Positions 23,630 to 34,425 of a stretch of 64,000 bases of DNA are shown one piece after another. Every line of letters begins with the position of its first letter. Within the stretch, counting starts at the first letter, position 1. The notes beneath the pieces are model-generated. The model searched no databases and had not been told where the DNA came from. It saw nothing but the letters and a program-made list of their open reading frames with translations. Source of the stretch: Azolla caroliniana (lineage: Eukaryota; Plantae; Polypodiophyta); the NCBI GenBank assembly GCA_043228905.1, contig JBHGNT010000009.1:19902001-19966000 (forward strand). Direction: 5' to 3'. Made by a program: the position numbers and the translations under genes.

Positions 23630-23830
23630 GCGTTCTGCTTTTCTCTGTGCGTCTTGGCGCCTTTTCCGAGCATGCGCACGTCGTGTACCAATTTAGTATT
23701 AAGTAACGTGGCGGCTCTTAAATGCCCACTACGTACCTTTTCGCTCCTTGCTTTCACGTCCGTTCATACCTCGATTTTTAATGATTTCTTTTTTTTTTTT
23801 TTTTTTTTCTTTTAATGACGGTATGTGATC

Positions 23831-26800
23831 TTACACATCCGTAGGTCCCTTCGAACCCTTACCGTTTTCCTTACGGGTTGCCGTGTCTTCCTTCGCCTCT
23901 GCTACGGGTTCCCCGTCGTCTTTTTCTTCCATCCGTACCATTCCCGGACAGGTTCCCGGTATAATGCCGGTGGGCTGCATAAACGGGTTACTTGGCATCG
24001 GTCCTTTATAGGGCTTTAGTCTAAATCCGTTGACCCACTTGCCTAGCACTTCACCGGCAAGTGTCCCTAACTGATAGGACCTGTTGTATTCCCGTGTCAG
24101 CCAATACGGGCCTGTCCATCTAAACCGGAGTTTACCCGGCATCTTGCCCATCCTCGTTTGGAATACTAGCACCGGCTTTCCGATTTCGAACATCTTTTCA
24201 TTACCTTTCCGGTGACGGTCAACGAACGCTTTCCGTCGTCGTTGCTCCAGTTCCATGTGTAGGATGCTGGCCAGCCGTTGCTCCTCCAGTTCGCATAGAG
24301 CTGCTAGCCGCATTTCCTCCGACTCCTTTTCATTCAGCCGTTCCCGTAGTTGGATCCGTAAGCTTGGTACCTGAAATTCCACCGGCATGACCGCCTCTAA
24401 GCCGAACGCTAACCGGAACGGCGTTGTCCGGATACTTGTTTTGTATGTCGTTCGGTACGCCCATAGCGCGCTATGGAGCTTTGTATCCCAGTCCGTCCGA
24501 TTTTCATTGATGATTTTGGGGAGAATGTTCTGGAGCGTTTTGTTGGTTGACTCTGCTAACCCGTTCGCTTGTGGGTAGTACGGTGTGCTCCGTTTATGGA
24601 CCACGGCATAGAACGTTGTTAAGCTTTCAACTACCTGGCCGAGGAAGTGCCCTCCTTGGTCGCTGATTAATTCAATCGGACATCCATATCGGCACCAAAT
24701 GTTCTCGTACAGGAATTTTGCTGTGGATGACGCGGTATTGTCTCTCAAGGCCTTAGCCTCCACCCATTTAGTGCAATAATCTGTTGCCACGATGACATAA
24801 CGATTACCCGTTCTCATTGCCGGTGGCTTGAACGGTCCGACAAAATCCAACCCCCACTTCTGGAATGGCTCTAGTGGAAGTATCGGTTGGTGTGCCATCC
24901 GTGCTTGCTCCGTAGGCTGGCCCATTCGTTGGCATAGGTCACATTCCTTAGCATACTTGACGGCGTCTTTTAACGTCGTGGGCCACCATAAGCCGCTCTG
25001 CCATACTTTCCTTGCCGTTGCTTCCCCGGCATAGTGTCCTCCGGCAACCCCACAGTGTGCTTCCCGTAAGATTACTTGTTTCTCGTCACTACGGACTGCC
25101 CGTCTCCATATTCCATCTGCTCCCTTGTGGTAGAGAGTGTCCCGTAACAGACAGAAATTGCGGCTCTGCACCGCCAGTCGTTTCCTCTCGTCCCGGTTCA
25201 TTTCCTCCGGTGGCAAGCCCGTGCTTAGGAACTGGTGCATGTTTGTCAGCCACCTATCTTCTGATGCCACCGTGTCGTCCGCTGCCGTTTCCAGGGTGAT
25301 ACGGAATAACTCTGCGTCCGGGAATTCATCCGATACTCCGTCGCCTGATTCTCCGGACTCTAACCGGCTCAGGTAGTCTGCTACGGCATGCTGAATACCG
25401 GGCCGGTGGAAGATCTCGAATTCGAACTCCTGCAACAGCAAGGTCCAACGGGCCAACTTACCGGTCAGGGACGCCTTGGACACTAAGTACAGGAGCGCCG
25501 AGTGATCCACATGAAAGGAGAACTTCCTTCCCAATAGGTAATGACGAAACTTTGTGACACTGTAGATCATGCCCAGGGCCTCCCGTTCCGTCGTCGAATA
25601 GTTCTTCTCCGCTTGGGACAGCTTCCGGCTGGCATAATATACCGGCCGGTACCATTTAGGCTCCGTAAGTTGCATTAAGGCGCTGCCGATAGCGATGTCG
25701 GAAGCGTCAACGAACACATGAAATTCCTTGCTCCAATCCGGAGGCTGCACGACGGGTGCTTGCGACAAAAGTACCTTTAGGGCATTGTATGCCTTATCCT
25801 CCGTATCCGTCCATTGGAACGGTGTCCGATGTACCGCGGTGTGTAATGGTGTAGCCAAGTCAGCCAAGTGACGGAGCATCCGGCTGTGCCACCGGATCTG
25901 TCCTAAGAATCGGCTTAGTGCTTTGGCCGTTTTCGGCGCCGGTGCCCCTAGTATCGCGTTTACTTTGTCCGGGTCGACCGCAATGCCCTCCTTACTTACA
26001 ATGTGTCCCAGTAAGATTCCACTTGAAACCCCAAAGATGCATTTTGCTGGGTTTAAGCTTAGCCGGTATAACCTACACTTTTCAAGGCATAACCGTAGGT
26101 GCTGCAAATGGTCTTTTCCCCGGCTATAGACTGCAAAATCATCCAGGAAAACCTGCATGAAGGCAGGAATGTATTCGCCGAAGATCTCCATGATGATTCG
26201 CTGGAAAGTTGTTGGTGCCGTTTTTAGGCCGAACATCATTACTTCGGCCACAAACACCCCCCATTCGGTGACGAACGTTGTCTTCTCCTGGTCGTCAGGG
26301 TGCATCCGGATTTGATTGTATCCGCTGAACCCGTCTAAAAAACTATAAACTTCATGGCCGGCGACGGCATCCAGTACTCCATCCGTGAACGGAAGAGGGA
26401 ATGCATCCGTAATTGTGGCTGCATTTAGTTTCCTGTAATCTACACACACGCGGATTTTACCGTTCTTCTTTGGGACGACGACGATGGGGCTCAGCCACGT
26501 CGCTTTCTTTACCGGTCGGATGAAGCCCACTCTTAGGAGTTTGTCGATTTCCTCCTTCACTTTGGTGGCGTAGTTGCGGTTCATTCGGTAACGTCTTTGC
26601 GCCACTAGTTTCGCGTCCTTGCCTAAGTGGATCTGATGCTGATATAATTGAGGGTCCAGCCCTCGCATGTCTTCGTATGACCAGGCGAATACGTCGCGAA
26701 ACTCCGTGAGAAGTTTGATCATCGCCGCTTTATCTTCCGGCTTCATTTCTTTGGCGATGTGTACCGGCTTTGATTCGTCCTTGCTTCCTAGGTTCACTTC

Positions 26801-27724
26801 GTCGAGCTGGGATGTTTTTACCCGTTGGGAAACGGCCATTTCCCGTTCCAACGCTTCCTGTGCTTGCCGTAATTCCCGAATCGAATCTTTGTCTGGTTCG
26901 GCTTCGGTTTCGTCCCGCTGCGGCAAGTATGGCGCTACGGCTTCAGCTACGTCAATCTCGAAGAGTGGTACGATCTTCGGGTGTTCCTCCAAGTACTGGG
27001 CTTCTTCGTCGTCTGCCAACCCTTCAAGCATGTTCACGCATGCCGCATACAGCGGTGTGCATTCCTTACCGTTGCTCGTCCGTGGTTGTGTCGGTACCCG
27101 GACCTTGGCTTTTCCGCGCCGGAAGGTTATCATATTTTTCCGCCAATTTTGCTTGATGTGTGCTGTTTTCAACCATGGTCTGCCCAGCAACAGTGGGTAC
27201 GCGCCTTGCGCCTGTAGCTGCAGCACTACAGCCGAGATGTGAAATGTGTGACCTCCTATGGTGACTTCCAATTTCCGTATTAAGCCCGTCGGCCGTACAG
27301 AGCTCGTATCCGCCATCCGTAGCCAGAACGGACATGGCTCCCATTCATGTATACCCAAGGCATCACACGTGTGGAGGCTTATTACGTTCACCCCGGAACC
27401 TCCATCGATTACTGTGCCGGGAAGTTCGTGCCCTTTGACAATAGCTGTAATCACCGGACTACTAGTGTCCACCACCGTCGGTCCCTCCTCCGGATTCGAG
27501 AAGAGGACTGCTGCCGGTGGGGCTATACCGTCTGTCATGACCGTTTTTAGTCCTTCCGTAAATCGCGGCACGAGCTGCAAGAGTCTTCCTAATGGCAACG
27601 TGATCTGACATTCTTGCAGTGCTTGCCATGTCTCGTTTTCTGGGTGGCTACCGCCGGCACTCCCTATGGTATTCGCCTTTTGCCGTTCCGCGTCCGCGAC
27701 GTTCCTTTCATTGGCTTCCTTCAC
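23831..27724 (-). CDS. Gypsy-2 Pol (protease, RT, RNase H, integrase), uninterrupted 1297 aa
   Basis: VIDGGSGVN; RVCVDYRKLN; LDGFSGYNQI; VFLDDF; VDASD...NYSTTEREALG; HHCC; WGLDFVGP; SDQG; PQANGLAE; GPY. Confidence 0.97.
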   Translation of the reverse strand: MKEANERNVADAERQKANTIGSAGGSHPENETWQALQECQITLPLGRLLQLVPRFTEGLKTVMTDGIAPPAAVLFSNPEEGPTVVDTSSPVITAIVKGHELPGTVIDGGSGVNVISLHTCDALGIHEWEPCPFWLRMADTSSVRPTGLIRKLEVTIGGHTFHISAVVLQLQAQGAYPLLLGRPWLKTAHIKQNWRKNMITFRRGKAKVRVPTQPRTSNGKECTPLYAACVNMLEGLADDEEAQYLEEHPKIVPLFEIDVAEAVAPYLPQRDETEAEPDKDSIRELRQAQEALEREMAVSQRVKTSQLDEVNLGSKDESKPVHIAKEMKPEDKAAMIKLLTEFRDVFAWSYEDMRGLDPQLYQHQIHLGKDAKLVAQRRYRMNRNYATKVKEEIDKLLRVGFIRPVKKATWLSPIVVVPKKNGKIRVCVDYRKLNAATITDAFPLPFTDGVLDAVAGHEVYSFLDGFSGYNQIRMHPDDQEKTTFVTEWGVFVAEVMMFGLKTAPTTFQRIIMEIFGEYIPAFMQVFLDDFAVYSRGKDHLQHLRLCLEKCRLYRLSLNPAKCIFGVSSGILLGHIVSKEGIAVDPDKVNAILGAPAPKTAKALSRFLGQIRWHSRMLRHLADLATPLHTAVHRTPFQWTDTEDKAYNALKVLLSQAPVVQPPDWSKEFHVFVDASDIAIGSALMQLTEPKWYRPVYYASRKLSQAEKNYSTTEREALGMIYSVTKFRHYLLGRKFSFHVDHSALLYLVSKASLTGKLARWTLLLQEFEFEIFHRPGIQHAVADYLSRLESGESGDGVSDEFPDAELFRITLETAADDTVASEDRWLTNMHQFLSTGLPPEEMNRDERKRLAVQSRNFCLLRDTLYHKGADGIWRRAVRSDEKQVILREAHCGVAGGHYAGEATARKVWQSGLWWPTTLKDAVKYAKECDLCQRMGQPTEQARMAHQPILPLEPFQKWGLDFVGPFKPPAMRTGNRYVIVATDYCTKWVEAKALRDNTASSTAKFLYENIWCRYGCPIELISDQGGHFLGQVVESLTTFYAVVHKRSTPYYPQANGLAESTNKTLQNILPKIINENRTDWDTKLHSALWAYRTTYKTSIRTTPFRLAFGLEAVMPVEFQVPSLRIQLRERLNEKESEEMRLAALCELEEQRLASILHMELEQRRRKAFVDRHRKGNEKMFEIGKPVLVFQTRMGKMPGKLRFRWTGPYWLTREYNRSYQLGTLAGEVLGKWVNGFRLKPYKGPMPSNPFMQPTGIIPGTCPGMVRMEEKDDGEPVAEAKEDTATRKENGKGSKGPTDV

Positions 27725-27736
27725 CCATTCCGTCGC

Positions 27737-29713
27737 CTATTTTCGTATGGCCTCTTGTGTTTCCCACTCTTTGGCCATGCCTTTCGACCGTGTGGTTACT
27801 TGCTGTACATCCGCCACTTCCGGAACCACCATATTAACTGCTGGTCGTTTATCGTAGCTCTTTGCCGGGCACTGGTTACTGTAGTGGCCTTCCTGCCTGC
27901 AGTAATAGCAGTACTCTTTACGGGTATTGCTGGATTCAGCATTGCTGGTATCCGGAGTCGGTCCCGTAGTGAGTGGTGCGTTCTGTGCCGATTGGCTCCT
28001 TGGGGTTCCATGTTCCGGGTCCCTAGTGTGACCACCTTTCTTGAAATTACGTTTTTTATTATTCTTATTTTTATTTCGGTAGTCCGGTCGTGGTGGATCG
28101 TAAAATCGGCCGTAGTCCTCCTGGTGCCTTCGGTAACCAGGGGAATGGTCTCTGTCGTATTGCTCGTGTCGTCTGTTGGACTCCCGATAACGGTCCGATC
28201 GCTCATACCGGTCGTAGTTATCATGCCGATTCCCGTACCGGCCATCATTCTCTTGTCTGTCTCCGTACCGGACATCCTGTGCCGGTCGGTACCGGTTCAT
28301 TCTTTGCCAACGATCGTCATCTTCGTCTCGGCTGCTTCTTGGCTCGATCCGTCGGACGGGTGGTGCCTGTCGGTTTAACAGGTTATACTCGCACCGGTCC
28401 GTTGTATGACTCTTGGATTGACAAATCACACACTGAGTTCGCATGGTGCACTCCACTGCCGAGTGTCCAGCATTCAAGCAGATTGTGCATTGAATTGCCC
28501 GCCGGAACCGGAGATCTTCATCGGTGGGTAACGCCCGTTGCAGTGTTCCCAGTGTAAGCCATGAGCTTGACTTTTCCATTTCTCTGACCCGGTCAATGAC
28601 CTGGTCAATGGTGCTTCCTCGAAAGTCGATTACCGTACACACCGTGCGTAACGGTTCCCGGAGTGCGTTTAAAAATATCGTCCGTAATTCCTCCTCCGGG
28701 GGTGCATGGGCAAGCTGGCTATGCATTCGTTGGAAACGGATGACGAATTGGGGAATGCTTTCCCCTGCCTCCTGTCGGATCGTATAAAACAGGCCCACCA
28801 TTGTCGTCTGGTCGACCTCCTTGTGGAAAAAATGCAAGAATTTTGCTTTTAATTCTGCAAAGGTTGTGATGGTCGTTGGGTCCTGCGTCCGCCGCCATCG
28901 TGTTGCTGGTCCTTCCAACGTGACCCCGAATTCCGCTATCTTCGAGCGTTCTTCTTCCTCCGGTGTCATTCGCTGGGACGTGTGATTTGCTTCCCATGTC
29001 TGCTCGAAGGCATGAACATGCGCTTCCGCGTCCGGATCATCGCGATACTTTGAGTATTGGAACGGCATGTCGTCGTCCAGTATTAGGCCGCGGTTTAGTG
29101 GCGTTTGTTGATATCTTTCCGGTTTTCTCTCCGGTTCCACTTCCGGTTGTTTTGCCGGTGCTTTTTCCGGTTCCTCTTCCGGTTCTTTTTCCGGTTCTTT
29201 CACCGGCTCGTCTTCCGGTACCTTCGCCGGCTCTTTCGTTGGTGTTGGTGGCTTTGCTTCTTCCACTTCCGGTGTTGGTGGGTTGACGGCTTCCGTTTGC
29301 GGTTCCGGATAGCCCTGGTCGAGCGGTTCCGGTTCTGGAGTCGGCACGGTATCCGACCCGTCGTCCTTCGGGCCGCCGGGGGTATCGTTGTTGCTCCGGT
29401 AGTTCGTGTGCACGCTGTATCCCCCTTCGGAATCCGATTCGTAGGCTGAAAAGGCTTCTGCCTCGTTTTCTCCGCTTGCCAGCGCCTCGAGGAGGCGTTC
29501 GGTTTCCCGGAGACTACTTAGACTGCTTCCGTCGTCCTGGTCGCGAGTTTGCTGTAACCGAAGAGATTCCTCTGCGACTCTCCGGATCTCGTTGGAGAAC
29601 GAACGATCCGAGCGAATTTCGTGCGCTGCTTGCTGGAAAGTCTCACGCCGTCTTTGCCGTTCGGCGAGGCGTCGAGCTCGGTCTGTAACTAAGTCGTGCG
29701 TTGGTCTCGTCAT
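27737..29713 (-). CDS. Gypsy-2 Gag, 658 aa, three CCHC knuckles; in frame with pol across one TAG
   Basis: Retrotrans_gag-like IRQEAGESIPQFVIRF; CTICLNAGHSAVEC, CVICQSKSHTTDRC, CYYCRQEGHYSNQC. Confidence 0.93.
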   Translation of the reverse strand: MTRPTHDLVTDRARRLAERQRRRETFQQAAHEIRSDRSFSNEIRRVAEESLRLQQTRDQDDGSSLSSLRETERLLEALASGENEAEAFSAYESDSEGGYSVHTNYRSNNDTPGGPKDDGSDTVPTPEPEPLDQGYPEPQTEAVNPPTPEVEEAKPPTPTKEPAKVPEDEPVKEPEKEPEEEPEKAPAKQPEVEPERKPERYQQTPLNRGLILDDDMPFQYSKYRDDPDAEAHVHAFEQTWEANHTSQRMTPEEEERSKIAEFGVTLEGPATRWRRTQDPTTITTFAELKAKFLHFFHKEVDQTTMVGLFYTIRQEAGESIPQFVIRFQRMHSQLAHAPPEEELRTIFLNALREPLRTVCTVIDFRGSTIDQVIDRVREMEKSSSWLTLGTLQRALPTDEDLRFRRAIQCTICLNAGHSAVECTMRTQCVICQSKSHTTDRCEYNLLNRQAPPVRRIEPRSSRDEDDDRWQRMNRYRPAQDVRYGDRQENDGRYGNRHDNYDRYERSDRYRESNRRHEQYDRDHSPGYRRHQEDYGRFYDPPRPDYRNKNKNNKKRNFKKGGHTRDPEHGTPRSQSAQNAPLTTGPTPDTSNAESSNTRKEYCYYCRQEGHYSNQCPAKSYDKRPAVNMVVPEVADVQQVTTRSKGMAKEWETQEAIRK

Positions 29714-29766
29714 CCATTAAGCCGTCGTTCGCTACGAGAAAGCAGGAATCGTGGTCGCCAAAACTG

Positions 29767-30185
29767 TGTTATTCTCAGACCGGACAAGGCCTAACACAAG
29801 GTGTCACGGAGACACTTCACCAAAGGGTGATTACGGCATAGGATTATGACTCAACGATTACACCGACCTAAGTAGGTTACACGATTAGAGCGCTTTTGTT
29901 AATTACACGCGTAAGATATAACAGTAAGTACAGAACGGAAATCAACACAGAAGTATAAACACCATACGCTCTATTAATTATCCGCTCCGATTACAATGGG
30001 GTCCGGGCCTTTAAATAGGTTTCCGGCCCGTAGTACAAAACGGTGCCTATCGCACCTATTCGGGATCCGTCCGGATCTGGAACGGCATACCGTTTCCAGT
30101 CCGTCCGTCCACACTATGCTTATTTACAACCATACTTAATTAATTCCTTCACTCCGTATTTTGGACTCCTTGCCGGCCGGTAACA
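29767..30185 (-). repeat. 5' LTR of gypsy-2
   Basis: Near-identical to 19592-20010, followed on minus by a tRNA-Arg-like PBS. Confidence 0.97.
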
Positions 30186-30237
30186 AATAATGTGAAATCC
30201 AAACAAATGGCCAATGTCATTTTCTTCATAGAGTCTA

Positions 30238-33200
30238 TTACATAGCAATCAAATCGTCAATGTCATTTTCTTCATCATCCTGTGTAGAAGTCTCTTCGGT
30301 TATACGTGCGTTGGCTTCCCCTGTTAGCCGAGCCAACGAAATATCTTCTATAACCTCATCATCAAGCTCTATTAGCTCCCCCAGTTCCCCGGCTAACGGA
30401 GGAATAGGCTCTCACGAAGTAGGTTGAAACCTTTTTGTATCAGCGAGGTTCTTTGCACCGACCTCCTCATCCTGGTCTGGGCACTCTCACAAAGCCTTAA
30501 TCCTCATGTTTATAAATATAACTTGTTCCTCGTCCTTCTCCAATGCAACTGTGTTTCTAAAGACCTTCAATGCACATGCAGACATCATTCCTGTGAAGAA
30601 AGTAACAAGAAGAATTAGTTCTCAAACAAAAAAGATTCGGTATTAGTTATCTCAAGATCATTACCCTAGTTCGAGGAATACCTGTGCCAAAAAAGAGATC
30701 TAATATCCAGTCTCCTTTGATAGAAAACATCTCGATCAAGCGCATCATAAGTCGTTGAGGTTTTTGGTATGGGTTGACAAGTCCCCGTTCTGTCGTGGTG
30801 ACATGTCGCAATTTCCATGTCACTGTTGGATATACCAGCAAATTTGAACCTCCCACTTCATTAGAATGCTCCTTGATTCTTTGTTTCTTAATTTCATAGA
30901 AGTATTCAATGGCATTAACGAACCGAAAGGTTGGCCCTCTATTTATATTGGTTTTTATCCTATAAAAAATATTACATCAAGTTAAGAATAGATTGAACAA
31001 TCTTAAGAAAGGCAATATAGTGAAGGAGACCTATAAATAATCCTTACCATGCAAGGTTCTCGATGCCATGGCAACGAGATCTCAAAGCTTGAGCTACTGA
31101 GTACCCTTGGTCCATACTATGAAAGACAACTATTCTCCACAAGGATGTAGTCGTTAGCTCAGCAAAATCCTTGACCATCTTCTCCAACTGTTTAAACCTA
31201 AACGGTTCATCGTCGTATGATGACCCTGCCATTCAAAATCCGTAAGGAATATCCGCAATCATTAGCGTATATTCCTTCTTTGGCACTTTTTGGATCATGT
31301 CTACGACATTGCCGCAAACCACATTGTAGTAAAGATCTCTCGTAATATCTTTTTTGTGGCTAAATTTTTTGGAGCCATCTTCCTCCATTTCGTACGCCTT
31401 GACTAAGCGACGATCCTTTTCTTTTCTGACTCTCTTGATATGTGCAAGGAAGGATGTCGGGAAATCATGTATATCCTTAACTTCTCCTTGTTTCTTGCCA
31501 CGACACGGTTTCTAATAGAAGCAATAGGACATCAAGTTTTATTATACAAGCTCTACATATGATGAAAGCGTAATGAAAAACCACCAATACTAACCCAATC
31601 CTTGAATGCAATAAAATACTCCGATAACGCCTTATATGAAGACGTTAGAGGATAATCCTCGGTCACTTGTTCCCAAGTTATACATCCAAGTTGTTTCATC
31701 ATAACTTCTTGGATCTTCATGTACACCTTATGATTGTGAAATTAGAAAACGAGATTAGAACTTTCAATTGCACCATATAGACTTCAATATCAGTATTTGA
31801 AAGACTTACTTGTTGAACTCAGTGACCATTTCTTCAAGGCTTAAATCTTTGGCCACAACCCTTGACAAAACAGACAGAAGAAGCTGCTCGTCCTTAATAC
31901 CTTGCATCGCTCTCCACAGAGACAGCTTCATGTCGTCAGCCTCTTCTTCAATTGTCAAGTCAATTTTCTTGGCCACTTGTGACTTTAATTCTAGTTGAGG
32001 GTCAACCTTACATTTCTTTTGTCGTTGACCCTTGACCTCCTTATTCTCCCACATTGAGAAGATTTGATCTTGTAGGTCCCATAATTCTCCATCTCTAAAG
32101 GCCAGATGAAACCAAGACTCATATTTTGGAAGACCATCGGACTTAACATTATCATCTACCACAATGCCAACTTCATGCAAGCATTGACGTCGTAGGCCTG
32201 GATGTAGCTTCACACCAAACTTTTGTTTGACGTCCAAATACTCGTGGTGGAAGAACCTTATACTCTCAATCGATGACATTTTCTGCCTTAGTCATTATCG
32301 TTATTGTGGTCCCACGCCAATAGCTTTGCCTCTTCAGTTGTGAGACCCACGTAAATTTTGCACTCGGCATACTTGAAGAAGAAAGTCGTTGGATGTTCTC
32401 TCACAAGTTGCCGATGTGCCTCCGCTGAATGCGATCCACCAATGACAAAGTAATTATATTGATCATGCTTTCTTATATCAAAATCTTCAACGGTTTCACA
32501 CTCTTCAGGATCCACCATAACAATAAAAGGCATAACGGTAGCATGAGGATTAATTTTCATTTTTTTCTTGAGATTTTGAACATGCATTTGGTGTGGCTCT
32601 CTGATCACAAGTGTTCTTCGTCCTATTTTTTCATCAATAGGGGACCGATGGATGTGTGTTATAGGAAAATTAAACACTTGCCCTTTCCTGACCAGTTTAC
32701 GCTGCATTAACTCTCTCTGTATCTTATTCTGCTCAGATGAAAACACACCCAATGCCAACTCAGCTCCTGGCGTCCCCTTAGTGTCCTTATCTTCATTTTC
32801 ACTTGATGAGTCGGAGTCCGACATTTTGGTGGTCTTGATTGTACTTTAGATGCCCTTTTTGTGGCCTTCACTGAGGAGCGCAATGGCTCCCTTAGAGTTA
32901 CATGGCCTTGTATATAAGGCCTCAAGGTAACAATAAGGTTTTGTGAGCTTTCAAAATCTTTTTTGAAAGCTTCCGGCCCACAAGATTCCTTTACTAGAAG
33001 ATCTTCAGAAAGGAACACTTTACGTACCCCCTTAGAGCACTCTATCATTACAAGTATGTTGGTCGAATCTGCATCTTCATAGTCAAATCGTAGAATACGG
33101 CCATACATAAATGGGGTTTCATTTTCAAGCTACCCCTCGCCCTTCTTCTTTGTTGTATATAATACAACTTTTTTCTTAGAGTCGACGTATTGCATACACC

Positions 33201-33430
33201 ATTCTTTGTCCGTTAGATCACGATCAGGAAGGTCTTCACCACCAGTAACTGCTAATATTTTCTTTTGGCTAACCTCATTGGATGGTTGAGATTTTGTCTC
33301 CTCGTTGAAGAGAAGCTTTTTTCCTCTCTTCATGTTCTCGGGAGCTATTAGGGTTTGTGTTTCAATTGGAGAACCCTGTATGCGAAGCTTTATCTTCTTC
33401 ACAGGTCGGTCTGACAAGTTCTCAAATGAC
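30238..33430 (-). pseudogene. Intron-containing ParB-like domain + beta-class N6-adenine/N4-cytosine DNA methyltransferase fusion gene (decayed)
   Basis: Exons approx. 33430-31810, 31733-31595, 31511-31048, 30959-30682 and 30590-30238, joined by short GT-AG introns (one acceptor mutated to AA). ParB-like YFVIGGSHSAEA...CKIYVGLTTEEAKLLAWDHN. MTase VVCGNVVDMIQKVPKKEYTLMIADIPYG, LAWIK, RFVNAIE, NPYQKPQRLMMRLIEMFSIKGDWILDLFFGTGMMSACALKVFRNTVALEKD. Several premature stops and frameshifts; true 5' end uncertain. Confidence 0.88.
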
Positions 33431-33952
33431 CTATTTAAGAAAGGACATGCGAAAACATAAGTTAGGTGGTCACGTAGATTAAGGTTGTATATTAAAATAC
33501 AAATAATTAGATGAAGACATAAACTAGCAGGCGATTTGTGGTAAACTATAAATATCAATCATACATTGAGTGAACATGGTAGTCCTATATTCAAAAATTC
33601 ATTCTAGTAAGGGCTATTCAACTTAGAAAATATATATCTTAATAAGTATACAAGGATATATATTGTCTTGAAGGGTAGGTATGGCTTATATTGATTCCAT
33701 ATCCATATTCTAGAGAATTTGCATATGATAGACTTGAATTTGGTATCGTAAAGGTAATTTGTGGGTTATTTTCTACTATTGTAAGCTATACTAGGTCATA
33801 AAACCTCTATAATTAAGGCCCCTATTTGTTACAAAATAAGGCAAATCACCCTAAAAAAAGATTGATTTTGATAGAAAGTTTGATATCTTTTCACACAATA
33901 CTAAATTGTTGCCCCAAAGACACAATATTCCTCTTTAAAGTTCTTGTTTTAT

Positions 33953-34425
33953 ACAGGAACTTGATACGTCGTATCGTGTTCCTATATATAGTTCATGTCT
34001 ATACATGAAATCGATGCAGGGTATCGAGTTCGTGTATCAAACACATACTTTACACAGGAACTCGATACGCCATATCGAGTTCCTGTACACAGTTTGTATT
34101 TTCCTGTATATAGTGTGCGTGCATGAAGAACCTGTTTGATGAACATGCCAGTTCATCATGCTTGCTATTTAAAATACTCGTTAGGTGGTTCCGCTTTTCT
34201 TTTGGGGTTTTAAACAGGAACTCGATATGGTGTATCGAGTTCCTGTACACAGTTTGTATTTTCCTGTATATAGTGTGCGTTTTAAACAGGAACTCGATAC
34301 ACCATATCGAGTTCCTGTTTAAAATGCACACTATATACAGGAAAATACAAACTATGTACAGGAACTCGATACGCCATATCGAGTTCTTGTATAATGTTTG
34401 TGTTTTAAACAGGAACTCGATACGG
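33953..34425. repeat. Array of 33-bp palindromes ACAGGAACTCGATAC-N3-RTATCGAGTTCCTGT
   Basis: Six full copies (33953, 34003, 34054, 34214, 34286, 34358) plus a half copy near 34409. Confidence 0.92.

Larger units (their letters stand above)
19592..30185 (-). mobile_element. Very young full-length Ty3/gypsy LTR retrotransposon (10.6 kb)
   Basis: 419-bp TG...CA LTRs at 19592-20010 and 29767-30185 (one mismatch seen by eye). TSD AATAA at 19587-19591 and 30186-30190. PBS TGGCGACCAC (minus, 29751-29760). Long open gag and pol. Confidence 0.98.

Noticed and set aside
20399-29688. Numerous plus-strand ORFs overlapping gypsy-2 genes
   Set aside because: Antisense shadows of GC-rich coding sequence with no independent motifs.
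30238-33430. Bacterial or phage contamination as the source of the methyltransferase
   Set aside because: The gene has spliceosomal introns, and a plant gypsy with a TSD is inserted immediately downstream of its stop codon.
33953-34425. CRISPR-like array of ~33-bp palindromic repeats
   Set aside because: Spacers are variable in length and duplicated, there are no cas genes, and the context is eukaryotic.
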